From positions 128,001-192,000 of the IMG/VR virus record IMGVR_UViG_3300045988_161245: 64,000 bases of DNA; one strand, 5' to 3'. Position numbers and translations under genes: made by a program. The stretch's first letter is position 1, and each line of letters begins with the position of its first letter. Source of the DNA: a virus. Below, in pieces: positions 55,996 to 64,000 of this stretch. The notes below the pieces were generated by a model. That model saw nothing but the letters and a program-made list of their open reading frames with translations, was not told where the DNA came from and did no database searches.

Positions 55996-56511
55996 TTAAT
56001 TATCAAAATGATCATAATACCGATAAAGGCTTACTACATCGTCAAGATTATCTTCTGATCCGTCATAGAAAACATACGAACCTTGCAGATAGCCACCAAG
56101 TACTTCTTCAATATATGTCCTTACTATTCTCAAAGTTTTACCAGAATAATAGCTGTCATCTACGAAAATAAATGGCTGATTCTTATAAGAATCCAATTTC
56201 CAATTAGAATATTGAATTGGTTTACCCTTTCTTAAACTGCCATTAATATACTCAATACTGCAGTCGCTTAAAAACCATTTATATTTCAATCTCAATGCTG
56301 CAATCTTTTCTCCAATTTCACCTGATATGATGATATTTTTTACACTTGATTGTGAGATATGTGTTAGATATGATATTAGAAAATCTTCATCGTTTTTGAT
56401 TAAATCATCTAGTTCATTGAAATATTCTTCTCCACCGCCGTGAAGATCAATACACTTTTTTGTAATTTGACTCATTCGGTGCTTCAGTTCATTTAGTGTT
56501 AACCGTTTCAT
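55996..56511 (-). CDS. type I phosphoribosyltransferase-domain protein
   Basis: The PRPP-binding signature is PFIFVDDSYYSGKTL. The N-terminal helical region has no recognised function. Confidence 0.55.
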   Translation of the reverse strand: MKRLTLNELKHRMSQITKKCIDLHGGGEEYFNELDDLIKNDEDFLISYLTHISQSSVKNIIISGEIGEKIAALRLKYKWFLSDCSIEYINGSLRKGKPIQYSNWKLDSYKNQPFIFVDDSYYSGKTLRIVRTYIEEVLGGYLQGSYVFYDGSEDNLDDVVSLYRYYDHFDN

Positions 56512-56560
56512 AACTTATACTTCCTCGTTTTTGTTTAGTTTTTACTTATTTCTAAGCAAG

Positions 56561-56618
56561 TACACAGGATAGGATTCGAACCTACATTCTAATGTCCTGC
56601 CATTTAGACGACCTGTGC
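56561..56618 (-). ncRNA. 58-nt truncated tRNA-like element (no anticodon arm)
   Basis: GCACAGG / CCTGTGT acceptor, D-arm-like GTCTAAATGGCAGGAC, T-arm GTAGGTTCGAATCCTAT. Only 8 nt occupy the place of the anticodon arm. Confidence 0.4.
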
Positions 56619-56742
56619 TACCGATTATATAAAATGAAAGAAATTTTAATTGAGACACTGTAATTTTTATTAATACCCTATAGGTGATTCGATATAATTA
56701 ATGCTCCAAGAGCGCAATACATATAAATCACAGTACCTCAAA

Positions 56743-56825
56743 TACGGATGATGGGACTCGAACCCACAAGGTTGTTAACCGCTGGAACCTAAATCCAGTC
56801 TGTTTTCCTATTTCAGCACATCCGC
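56743..56825 (-). tRNA. tRNA-Leu (anticodon TAG), type II with a long variable arm
   Basis: Hand fold: GCGGATG...CATCCGT acceptor, anticodon arm CTGGA TTTAGGT TCCAG, variable arm CGGTTAACAACCTT, T-arm GTGGGTTCGAGTCCCAT. It aligns well with Bacillus tRNA-Leu. Confidence 0.85.
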
Positions 56826-57210
56826 TTATTTTGGCAAGAACCTGTATAACTTGCCAGTAACTCTTATACTCTCACTTATACAAACAAGGTGACGTGAGCG
56901 AATTACTTTTTAGAAAAAGATCCTTGTTATATTCTTCTTCTCAGATTTTTATGTAGGCGACCATCGCAGAAACCTACTGCCTTATCTCTGCTACTCAACA
57001 GATCTCGTATATCTCTTACGCTGAATCTGGCTTCCGCAGATTACGGACTATCGTAGAATCCACACAGGACTCATATGAGATATTTTTGGCGACGGTTTTT
57101 CGTGCTTTATTTAATTGTATTTTGTATTTTTACGCGCTTTGCTTAATAAATCTTTTGAGTTCACATTCACCGGTATCCTGATTTTTACTACAAAATTTTT
57201 ATTAAGCAAG

Positions 57211-57284
57211 TGGACCATCTGTGATTCGAACACAGAAATCTTTCGCTTATGAGGCGACTGCCTTAACCGTTTGGCTAATGGTCC
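57211..57284 (-). tRNA. tRNA-Met/Ile2 (anticodon CAT)
   Basis: GGACCAT/ATGGTCC acceptor, D-arm GCCAAACGGTTAAGGC, loop CTCATAA, T-arm CTGTGTTCGAATCACAG. Confidence 0.8.
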
Positions 57285-57511
57285 TTAACTTGATAGAGCA
57301 AACCCTGAAATCTCTATCTCTCATTTATTTTAAGACTAATGAGTTTATCCCACATATCAAACGCTTAATGCGGCTACATCAAGCTGTGGCCGACCATTTG
57401 TACATCGAAATGCTAACCATAGCGCATTCGATCATAAGGATTGAAAGTCTGTGTTTTTCTACTCGGTTTATTAAGGTCGTATGAAAATACATCTAAAAAC
57501 AGTGGACCTAG

Positions 57512-57584
57512 CTGGGCTGGCAGGATTCGAACCTGCGAAATGGTAGAGTCAAATTCTACTGCCTTTCCACTTGGCTACAACCCA
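57512..57584 (-). tRNA. tRNA-Gln (anticodon TTG)
   Basis: TGGGTTG/CAGCCCA acceptor, D-arm GCCAAGTGGAAAGGC, anticodon arm GTAGA ATTTGAC TCTAC, T-arm GCAGGTTCGAATCCTGC. It parallels E. coli tRNA-Gln. Confidence 0.85.
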
Positions 57585-57652
57585 ATAATGAGATAGTATA
57601 TCGTTCCATTCTTCTACTATCTCGTTCCGCAATGTAAAATGGAAACGGAACA

Positions 57653-57724
57653 TGGAACTAAATGGAATCGAACCATTGTTTACCTGTTATACCAACAGGT
57701 GTGCTGCCACTTCATCACAACCCA
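57653..57724 (-). ncRNA. tRNA-like element with an unpaired acceptor and an aberrant anticodon loop
   Basis: The 5' TGGGTTGTGATGAAGTGGCAGCA is nearly identical to the tRNA-Gln 5' end. The stem CCTGT/ACAGG has loop TGGTATA (GTA, G at position 33). The T-arm is AATGGTTCGATTCCATT. The 3' TAGTTCC cannot pair with the 5' end. Confidence 0.4.
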
Positions 57725-58258
57725 AAAACAATTTCATATCTTCAGTATCTACTCATCTTACTTTACGCTTAGACTTTCTTCGAGAGATCTGCGTAGCCAT
57801 CTTCACATCCACACCTCAGATGATATGTATCTACAATAGTTACTTCCAATATGAAATTATTTCTCTTTCAAATTCCTTCTATTAAGTCTATATGGTAACA
57901 ACATAGTGTAATCTACATTAGAAGTTCATCAAAAGAATTTTATTATATCCATATACATAAAATATATAATGCTCCTTAATTACAATTCCCACATTTAACG
58001 TATGTGTAGAGCTATAACGCCATTTGAATATCTGATAAGTATCAGCACTTTGGAGGGATATATCGTTTCACCACATCCACAGGTTAACCACGCCTTATTC
58101 AAAATGGATAGCATAAGAGTCCATCAGCCATAGGAGCAGACTCCACGGAGTTCCATAACGATGACTTTTGGATTTATTATGTCAATGATTGTTTTGCACC
58201 GCCTATATTCGTAACTATGCTATTCAATTTATATTCTAATAGGAAGAAACTCTTCCAG

Positions 58259-58332
58259 AAGAACATATGGGATTTGCACCCATGACGGTCACAACCTATG
58301 TGGTTGCCGCTCTCCTCCTGAGCTAATGTTCT
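58259..58332 (-). tRNA. tRNA-like gene, CAT anticodon with A at position 33
   Basis: Perfect acceptor AGAACAT/ATGTTCT, D-arm GCTCAGGAGGAGAGC, anticodon arm GCAAC CACATAG GTTGT, 7-nt variable region, T-arm ATGGGTGCAAATCCCAT. Confidence 0.5.
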
Positions 58333-58637
58333 TTCCAAAAACAAAGATTTAATAAATATTACAAACATTTTTGAGATCTCAATCTTCTTATAAGGCTTAC
58401 GCCGATCCCACTCGACCCTGGAACTTCTGAAGATTTTTATGAACTCTGCTTCATTCATAAAAGTTTAGCCATTGAAGAATACCTCTAGCAGTTTCGGTTT
58501 CTTACGCATAGCTTCAAGATTTCAGAACTACTGCGCTCTGTAGGTGGTGGATCATACACGATATTGTGTAGTCAAACGGTACGGCAACTCGATGTTGAGA
58601 AGCGTTTTCTGTGACACCACATATCTGAAATCTCTAA

Positions 58638-58704
58638 CAGGACATCTGGGAGTCGAACCCAGTACAGACTGCTCAAAGTCTCTTCACCATCGAAGTCATG
58701 TCAC
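58638..58704 (-). ncRNA. 67-nt tRNA-like element with a 6- or 8-nt anticodon loop
   Basis: Acceptor GTGACAT/ATGTCCT (one mismatch), D-arm CTTCGATGGTGAAG, AGACT TTGAGC AGTCT (or AGAC TTTGAGCA GTCT), T-arm CTGGGTTCGACTCCCAG. Confidence 0.4.
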
Positions 58705-58761
58705 ACCTCAACACTTTAGGAGGTATAAGAAATAAGAAATCTATTTGGGTAGCTAACCCAA

Positions 58762-58830
58762 ATCCTGGATGCGGATTCGAACCGGCAAATACATGAGTTT
58801 CATGTGTTATAACCATTTAACTATCCAGGA
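58762..58830 (-). ncRNA. 69-nt tRNA-like element with a 5-nt anticodon loop and a bulged T-stem
   Basis: Acceptor TCCTGGA/TCCAGGA, D-arm GTTAAATGGTTATAAC, ACATG AAACT CATGT, T region TGCCGGTTCGAATCCGCA. Confidence 0.4.
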
Positions 58831-58958
58831 CGTTCCAACTGCGGCTTTGTTAGAACTAAGAAACAAGGTTTTAATAACCGCATTGATTTATTTATAAGAT
58901 GAACTTCACCACTTATCAGCCTTGTACAAACCACAGAGCCGATATAATCATGCTACAA

Positions 58959-59077
58959 AACTTTTTCAAGGTTTTTATCAAACTTTGGAACTTATCAACT
59001 TTACTACGTGAACTTTATATCAAAAATAAGCTTTGAATTTTGAGCTTTAAGGTTTGAACTTTCTATCTTTAAACTTT
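58959..59077. repeat. iteron-like array: 8-9 copies of (A/G)(A/G)CTTT at about 14-16-bp spacing
   Basis: AACTTT or AGCTTT starts at 58959, 58981, 58997, 59011, 59029, 59043, 59057 and 59072, plus AACTTA at 58989, all on the same strand in an ORF-free region. Confidence 0.6.
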
Positions 59078-59360
59078 ACAGTCATCCAAAATAAGTATTA
59101 TATAATCTACCAATTATAGAATTTTGTAATGTTCAGATTATCATTCTGACCTTTTTTACATTAATTTTTGAGGCCAGCTTGTTTAATTTTTTACTTTACT
59201 CTATGCTGGCTGAAAGACTAAAGGATTATAGTTCAGTGGTTTTCGATAAGCAATGAAGGAAATCTTTTATACAACTATTCGTATAACAATGGCTATTTAG
59301 CTATTATATGGATCAAAAATCGCTTGTATAATTTTTAACTAATAATTCACTGACCATTTA

Positions 59361-60011
59361 TTAATACTCAATTGTAACTGTTGTTAATGCATTACTTGTG
59401 CTTAAAACGGAGTCTACTTCAGCTTCAAATGAGGAAATTTCGTCAGATAAAACACGGATTTTATTTTGTACATTAATCGGATCAACTAACGCCCATGTGT
59501 TAAGATCAACGTACTGCTGTTTAGCTTTTGTAACTTCATCGGTAGAAGTTTTACCCTCTTTCTGTCCAAAAAGACCAGTTACATAATTTTCTGATTTACT
59601 TTCAAGAGTTTCATTCTCTTTATTTGTTTTTGCCTGTGCCTGAGAAAGCTGTTGCTGCATTCTGTCAAGCATCTGTCTCTTAAACATCATACTGTTATTT
59701 TTCATGTTGATTGCTTCTGCTACAGTACGTTCTTCTTCGTTTTCTCCAATTTTAATCTTAACTTTTGTTACTGCATTTGAAAGCATTACTGCTCTCTGCA
59801 GAGCTTCAAGTCTACTCATAAGATCTACATCTTTGTCGTAACATCCTGTAACAATCTTCTCATATTCATCAACATCCATTCCAGAAATTTTTGACTGAGA
59901 ATTTTTCTTGCAAGATACAAAAATTGAATTGTAAATCTCACTCTGGATTCTGTCTTTAAGGATTTTGATTTCTGCTAATGCTTTATGTACTGTCATAGTT
60001 TCTTTCGTCAT
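59361..60011 (-). CDS. coiled-coil protein, possibly DIP1984-family-like
   Basis: AAGGAG RBS. It shares architecture with the 173-aa ORF at 60707-61228: an N-terminal LxKLxxRI-type helix and a C-terminal ...VDxxNxxxKIxxLSDEISxFExxVDxxLxxSN... The family assignment is tentative. Confidence 0.5.
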   Translation of the reverse strand: MTKETMTVHKALAEIKILKDRIQSEIYNSIFVSCKKNSQSKISGMDVDEYEKIVTGCYDKDVDLMSRLEALQRAVMLSNAVTKVKIKIGENEEERTVAEAINMKNNSMMFKRQMLDRMQQQLSQAQAKTNKENETLESKSENYVTGLFGQKEGKTSTDEVTKAKQQYVDLNTWALVDPINVQNKIRVLSDEISSFEAEVDSVLSTSNALTTVTIEY

Positions 60012-60082
60012 AATGTTCTTCTCCTTTAAATTGAATTTTATTCTTTAAATTTTTAACTTTGAAATACTCATTTCTGAGTTAA

Positions 60083-60154
60083 CTGCACCTGTTGGAATCG
60101 AACCAACATCTGATGATCCAAGGTCATCCGTGATAACCATTACACTAAGATGCT
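60083..60154 (-). tRNA. tRNA-like gene, TTG (Gln) anticodon with C at position 33 and an A1-A72 mismatch
   Basis: AGCATCT/AGGTGCA acceptor, D-arm GTGTAATGGTTATCAC, anticodon arm GATGA CCTTGGA TCATC, T-arm GTTGGTTCGATTCCAAC. Confidence 0.5.
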
Positions 60155-60706
60155 TTATATTGACGGTTGTTACACCGTCATATATGTCTTCGTCAGACAA
60201 ATTTTTATTCACTCAGATTCGCTACTTTCTAATCCGTTCTCTTATGAACTGCTGCTTCAGTCACCTGGCAGATTCGCCCTTGTTCCATACCAATCACTTG
60301 TATGTACTCTCTATTTTCCAAGTTAGGCTTCGCCTCATTTATATGAGGGTCGTAAGTTAAGTTTATCGTCATTCTTATCTGGACTCTCTATTATTTACTT
60401 CTCAATTGTTTTTTCATCTATTCTTAAAAAGTATCTCTAACCGAACTTGATACCGAAAAGTTTTTAATTACAGTTACTAATTAATTTGAGCCTTTATAAT
60501 CTGGATCTAAGAATTAAATATGCAGACCTATCAATTAACCTTGCTGCATTACTATTGAATAAATACCTTACTGAGCTTTAATTCTATCAATAAACTCAAT
60601 CAATAACTTACTATACTTGTATTAAATGTATATTTGCTTTTATATAAATAATCTATATGTAAAAGTAACTGTAATACGGAAGATTGATTACATTAATTAC
60701 TTCCCA

Positions 60707-61228
60707 TTAGAGATCAATATCAATCTCAAATTTGTACTCTACTGAACTGTTTACGATATTAAGCTCTTCCTGAATTTCTGAAATTTCGGTATACACACTG
60801 TCATATTTTTTCTTTGCGTCCTCAAGATCATAATTCAGATAAGTGTATTCAATATCTTTATTTAATGAAGTATTTCGTTTTTTCTTCTGTCTGGTTGCAA
60901 GACCACTATAGATGCCTTTTTCTCTTTCGAGTATAGCTAATCTAATAATGTTGTCACCGACAGTCAATCCATTCTTCATAACTACTGAGTTATTAAACAG
61001 AGACTTTGCATGTCTGATTGTAATTATCTTCCTATCAATCTCATCAATCTGAGCAATCACTTCATTTAAATTGAATTCTGCTTCCTGCTCTGCTTTAATT
61101 TGATCGTAATTCTCGGTTACTGCTACAACAAATGTTGACATTTTAGAAATCTTATCGGTAAAAATACCTTTTTCTTGCTCTAACTTCTTAATCAGCTTAT
61201 TAGCTGCATCAGATGTAACTTTTATCAT
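60707..61228 (-). CDS. coiled-coil protein, possibly DIP1984-family-like (paralogue of 59361-60011)
   Basis: GGAGG RBS. LTVGDNIIRLAILEREKG...RNTSLNKDIEYTYLNYDLEDAKKKYDSVYTEISEIQEELNIVNSS fits the general pattern of that family. Confidence 0.5.
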   Translation of the reverse strand: MIKVTSDAANKLIKKLEQEKGIFTDKISKMSTFVVAVTENYDQIKAEQEAEFNLNEVIAQIDEIDRKIITIRHAKSLFNNSVVMKNGLTVGDNIIRLAILEREKGIYSGLATRQKKKRNTSLNKDIEYTYLNYDLEDAKKKYDSVYTEISEIQEELNIVNSSVEYKFEIDIDL

Positions 61229-61270
61229 GTTTACTACCTCCTGTTATACTCTTCTTATTCGTTTTTCATT

Positions 61271-61912
61271 TTATTCTGAAAAATCACAAACTTTAATTTT
61301 TGTAATTACTCTTCTACCCATTCTGTCAAGCATTTCGACAGCAGGTCTGCATACAAGTCCTTCCATATTAGCTGTTCCAATATGAGATTTTGGTTTGGTC
61401 TTTACAAAATCAATTGCTTCTTGAAGTGTACCGGTAAGAACAATATCAACTATATCAATTCCAAAACTCTTTGCAATATCTTCTACAGCATCACGTTTTA
61501 GCCATAAGTTTTGATCTGGAAGATACACATCAAAAAGAATGAATGATACGTCATCTCTATAAAGTCCACCACCCTTTTGAATTTTAGGACCATATCCTTC
61601 ACCAAACAGGATTACATTCATTTCACCAAACTTCTGCTCAAACATTTCTTCATTAATAATACCGCCAAATAGTTCATTTAGTTTGTTTACCAATGGAACA
61701 GGAATTTGTGCTCTTTCTGTACGTCCCTGGAACGAAACTTTATGTCCATCCCAAACAACACCAATGTTTGTGCCATCAATTTTTTCTGAACAAAGCCATT
61801 TATTATCTTTTAAATATTCAACAGTTTCATTTCTGAACTTACAATCAATAAGCTTCTTTGTGCCATCGTTATCTCTTTCAAACGGTGTATCAATTTTTAT
61901 ATAAGGAATCAT
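61271..61912 (-). CDS. ATP-dependent RNA ligase (Rnl2 / DRB0094-like nucleotidyltransferase)
   Basis: Motif I is SEKIDGTNIGV, motif III LFGEGYGPKIQ, motif IV MEGLVCRP, motif V ITKIKV. Confidence 0.7.
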   Translation of the reverse strand: MIPYIKIDTPFERDNDGTKKLIDCKFRNETVEYLKDNKWLCSEKIDGTNIGVVWDGHKVSFQGRTERAQIPVPLVNKLNELFGGIINEEMFEQKFGEMNVILFGEGYGPKIQKGGGLYRDDVSFILFDVYLPDQNLWLKRDAVEDIAKSFGIDIVDIVLTGTLQEAIDFVKTKPKSHIGTANMEGLVCRPAVEMLDRMGRRVITKIKVCDFSE

Positions 61913-61926
61913 TTATTATTACCTCT

Positions 61927-62856
61927 CTATTTATTACTTCCAATTCTTTGAGCTTTTTGTTTTAGTTTTTCATTAATCTCTTTCATCTGCATTGTAATGA
62001 TTTTGTTCTGCAAGCAAGCTGGATTAATTGGAAACTGTTCATCTCTAAGAATTACTTTCGAATCTGCTTCAAATTTATTACACATTTTTACTGCTTCATC
62101 GTAATCAAAATTTTTCATTTCAATCTTAATATCAAATCGTCCATCTCTAATAAGAGCAGGATCTAGTCTATCAATATAATTTGTTGTTGCTAAGAAAATT
62201 GTTCTCTTACATGAATTAATTCCATCTAAGAGCTGTAGCAATGCTTGAAAATTTTCTCTATCTGCAGAGGTAACACTATTATCACGTTTACTTACCAGAA
62301 CATCGATATCTTCTAACACTACAACAGAATCTTCCAATTCATCCCAGAATTCATTTTTTGTAATTAATTTTGATAAATCAGATAATTTTAATTTAATAAG
62401 ATCTAAATTATATTTCGTGGCTAAAACTTTGGCAAAAGTTGTTTTCCCAGTACCTGGATCACCGTATAATAAAATTCCAAGTTTGTGATTAATACCATGA
62501 TCAACAAAATAATTTTCTGAATCAATCCATGTCTTAACATAGTCAAATATTTCTCGTTTCTCTGGAAAAATAATTGCAGATTCATCAATACCATCAATTG
62601 AGTCTTTTTCGATAGAAAAATCATTTTTATCCAATATAATAAGATTACGTGTTTCTATAAATTTGCTTCTATATTTCTCTATAAACCTTTTGAAAAACTC
62701 TGCATGTTTTTTTCTGTGTTTCCCATAAAAGAAAATATTGGAACTTGTCATCTTTACGAAACTACCAGTATTTTTTATATAAACAATTATCGTTCCGTCT
62801 TTACAAATAAACCTAATTTTTTTTATTTTCTGGTAAGAGTTTATGTAATTCTCCAT
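61927..62856 (-). CDS. AAA+ ATPase (classical AAA, BCS1/FtsH-like module)
   Basis: Walker A GILLYGDPGTGKTTFAKVLA, Walker B VVVLEDID, second region of homology ATTNYIDRLDPALIRDGRFD. Confidence 0.8.
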   Translation of the reverse strand: MENYINSYQKIKKIRFICKDGTIIVYIKNTGSFVKMTSSNIFFYGKHRKKHAEFFKRFIEKYRSKFIETRNLIILDKNDFSIEKDSIDGIDESAIIFPEKREIFDYVKTWIDSENYFVDHGINHKLGILLYGDPGTGKTTFAKVLATKYNLDLIKLKLSDLSKLITKNEFWDELEDSVVVLEDIDVLVSKRDNSVTSADRENFQALLQLLDGINSCKRTIFLATTNYIDRLDPALIRDGRFDIKIEMKNFDYDEAVKMCNKFEADSKVILRDEQFPINPACLQNKIITMQMKEINEKLKQKAQRIGSNK

Positions 62857-63160
62857 TTATACTATAGTAATTAGTTGGATTACACTCATTTACATACTTT
62901 TCATACAGTAATGGATTAAGACGTTCAAGATAATAACAAAAATTATTAATCTCTTCTAAATTTACTGCACAAAATCCAATGCATAATTTTTCCTGCAGTT
63001 TGTCAATTTTACTTATTATTATTTCTTCACATTTGTTAAAAATAATATTATTGATGTTTATTTGCATCGCATTTTTTACACCAATTTCTTTTGTTAGTCC
63101 AATTGTATCTCTAAAATTATAAAATAATGTTTTGGTATAGATTGGTTTTGTATATTCCAT
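62813..63160 (-). CDS. hypothetical protein
   Basis: I prefer the ATG at 63160 (MEYTKPIYTK), which has a GAGG RBS 19 nt after the upstream stop. The longer ORF would overlap the upstream gene by 70 nt. Confidence 0.45.
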   Translation of the reverse strand: MEYTKPIYTKTLFYNFRDTIGLTKEIGVKNAMQININNIIFNKCEEIIISKIDKLQEKLCIGFCAVNLEEINNFCYYLERLNPLLYEKYVNECNPTNYYSINGELHKLLPENKKN

Positions 63161-63179
63161 TTTTAACCTCGATTTTATT

Positions 63180-63962
63180 TTATTTACTAAACACCCTCTT
63201 GAATACCATGTAGTTCGTACCGCCAGGAATCGCAAATATAATATTCTCAAAAGTATCGGTATAATATTCTTCTAATTCTTTTTTGAAACTATTCGCAACA
63301 AATTCTGCATCATTACCAAATACACCACATCCCCATGCGCCAAGAATTAATGTATTAACTTCCTCTTCTTGTGCAATATCAAGCATAAAATGTATACGAT
63401 CAACCATTACAGAATTACAATCGAAATCAGATTTGCCACAATATTTTTGAGCTGCAGTTTTGTTTGGTGCTGCACAAGTAATAACATCTACACAAATTTC
63501 TTCATCGCCTCTTATGAATAAAACATCAGGACTATATAATGCACGATTTGTATATAATGCGAAGTTCTTTGTTAATCTATTGAATTCATAATAATCTTCA
63601 TTAAATTCAGATAATACATTATATAAGAAAGAACTGTGGCAAAGCATTTCTTCCTGCGCAGACGAACCATCTAAGAATTTGCCACCTGGATTTTTATAGC
63701 TTGCAAAATTAAGAACTACTGTTTTACCTGTATTTTCATAAGAAAATATTGCCTGTACACTATCCATATCTTCTACAGTGATTTTCTGATGAAAATCCGG
63801 TTTACTATCGCATTCTTTCTTACAATAGAATCCTTGGTCATATATCTTTGTATTGTGTACACATTCTGTAATTTCCAAGCTATATAGCTCTTCCATTTTA
63901 TTTGTGTGAGCATTCGCCTTTTTCTTTAACTCGTTTTTTCTATTCCAATATCCCATTACCAA
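63180..63962 (-). CDS. TIGR02452/DUF2263 macrodomain protein (bacterial-type PARG-like ADP-ribosyl hydrolase)
   Basis: VLNFASYKNPGGKFLDGSSAQEEMLCHSSFLY matches the GG...QEE PARG signature loop. The C-terminal LILGAWGCGVFGND is typical of this family. Confidence 0.7.
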   Translation of the reverse strand: MVMGYWNRKNELKKKANAHTNKMEELYSLEITECVHNTKIYDQGFYCKKECDSKPDFHQKITVEDMDSVQAIFSYENTGKTVVLNFASYKNPGGKFLDGSSAQEEMLCHSSFLYNVLSEFNEDYYEFNRLTKNFALYTNRALYSPDVLFIRGDEEICVDVITCAAPNKTAAQKYCGKSDFDCNSVMVDRIHFMLDIAQEEEVNTLILGAWGCGVFGNDAEFVANSFKKELEEYYTDTFENIIFAIPGGTNYMVFKRVFSK

Positions 63963-64000
63963 ATCCTCACAATCTGGTGATATAATAAAATTTCTTTGTC

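Noticed and set aside
57221-60360. Short ORFs in the RNA island (57221-57484, 57639-57885, 58177-58458, 58544-58735, 60130-60360).
   Set aside because: They overlap tRNA or tRNA-like sequences, lack RBSs, give junk-like translations and occur on both strands with no consistent direction.
56520-60706. Whether the odd tRNAs are suppressor tRNAs signalling stop-codon reassignment.
   Set aside because: None of the foldable elements has a CTA, TTA or TCA anticodon. Very long ORFs (2423, 1390 and 1105 aa) are uninterrupted in the standard bacterial code.

Overview
This window is a contiguous piece of a large, AT-rich tailed dsDNA phage or prophage. The host looks like a low-GC Gram-positive: AGGAGG-type RBSs, TTGACA/TATAAT-type promoters, a B. 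subtilis-type ThyA and a Firmicute-style modular endolysin. Layout: (1) nt 1-24150, plus strand: late module with two tail fibres carrying S74 chaperone domains, a 2423-aa multi-domain adhesin-like tail protein, a self-contained secreted LRR moron and a lysis region. (2) nt 24150-30770: the convergence zone between the plus and minus modules. It holds a complete Tn7-like core (tnsA-tnsB-tnsC-tniQ), small cargo genes, a dense array of putative TnsB-binding repeats and an adjacent 407-bp TGT...ACA mini-element. It also holds an SOS-box-like promoter and an orphan promoter/terminator unit. (3) nt 30770-56510, minus strand: nucleotide-metabolism and replication module. It includes a DHFR fusion, ThyA, dUTPase, a class II RNR split by two group I introns with different homing endonucleases, DNA ligase, a RecD-like helicase, Pol III alpha, a RecJ-like protein, primase and a DnaB-like helicase. 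(4) nt 56520-60700: a roughly 4-kb ORF-poor RNA island on the minus strand with 3 canonical tRNAs, at least 6 non-canonical tRNA-like elements, long GC-richer non-coding spacers and an iteron-like repeat array. (5) nt 60700-64000: RNA ligase, an AAA+ ATPase and a PARG-like macrodomain hydrolase, a likely counter-defence cluster. The most interesting items are the phage-borne Tn7-like element with a short TniQ and no visible target selector or left end, the unusual tRNA/ncRNA island, and a tail-fibre/tyrosine-recombinase chimeric remnant. All calls come from reading the sequence and ORF translations by eye; no database search was run.
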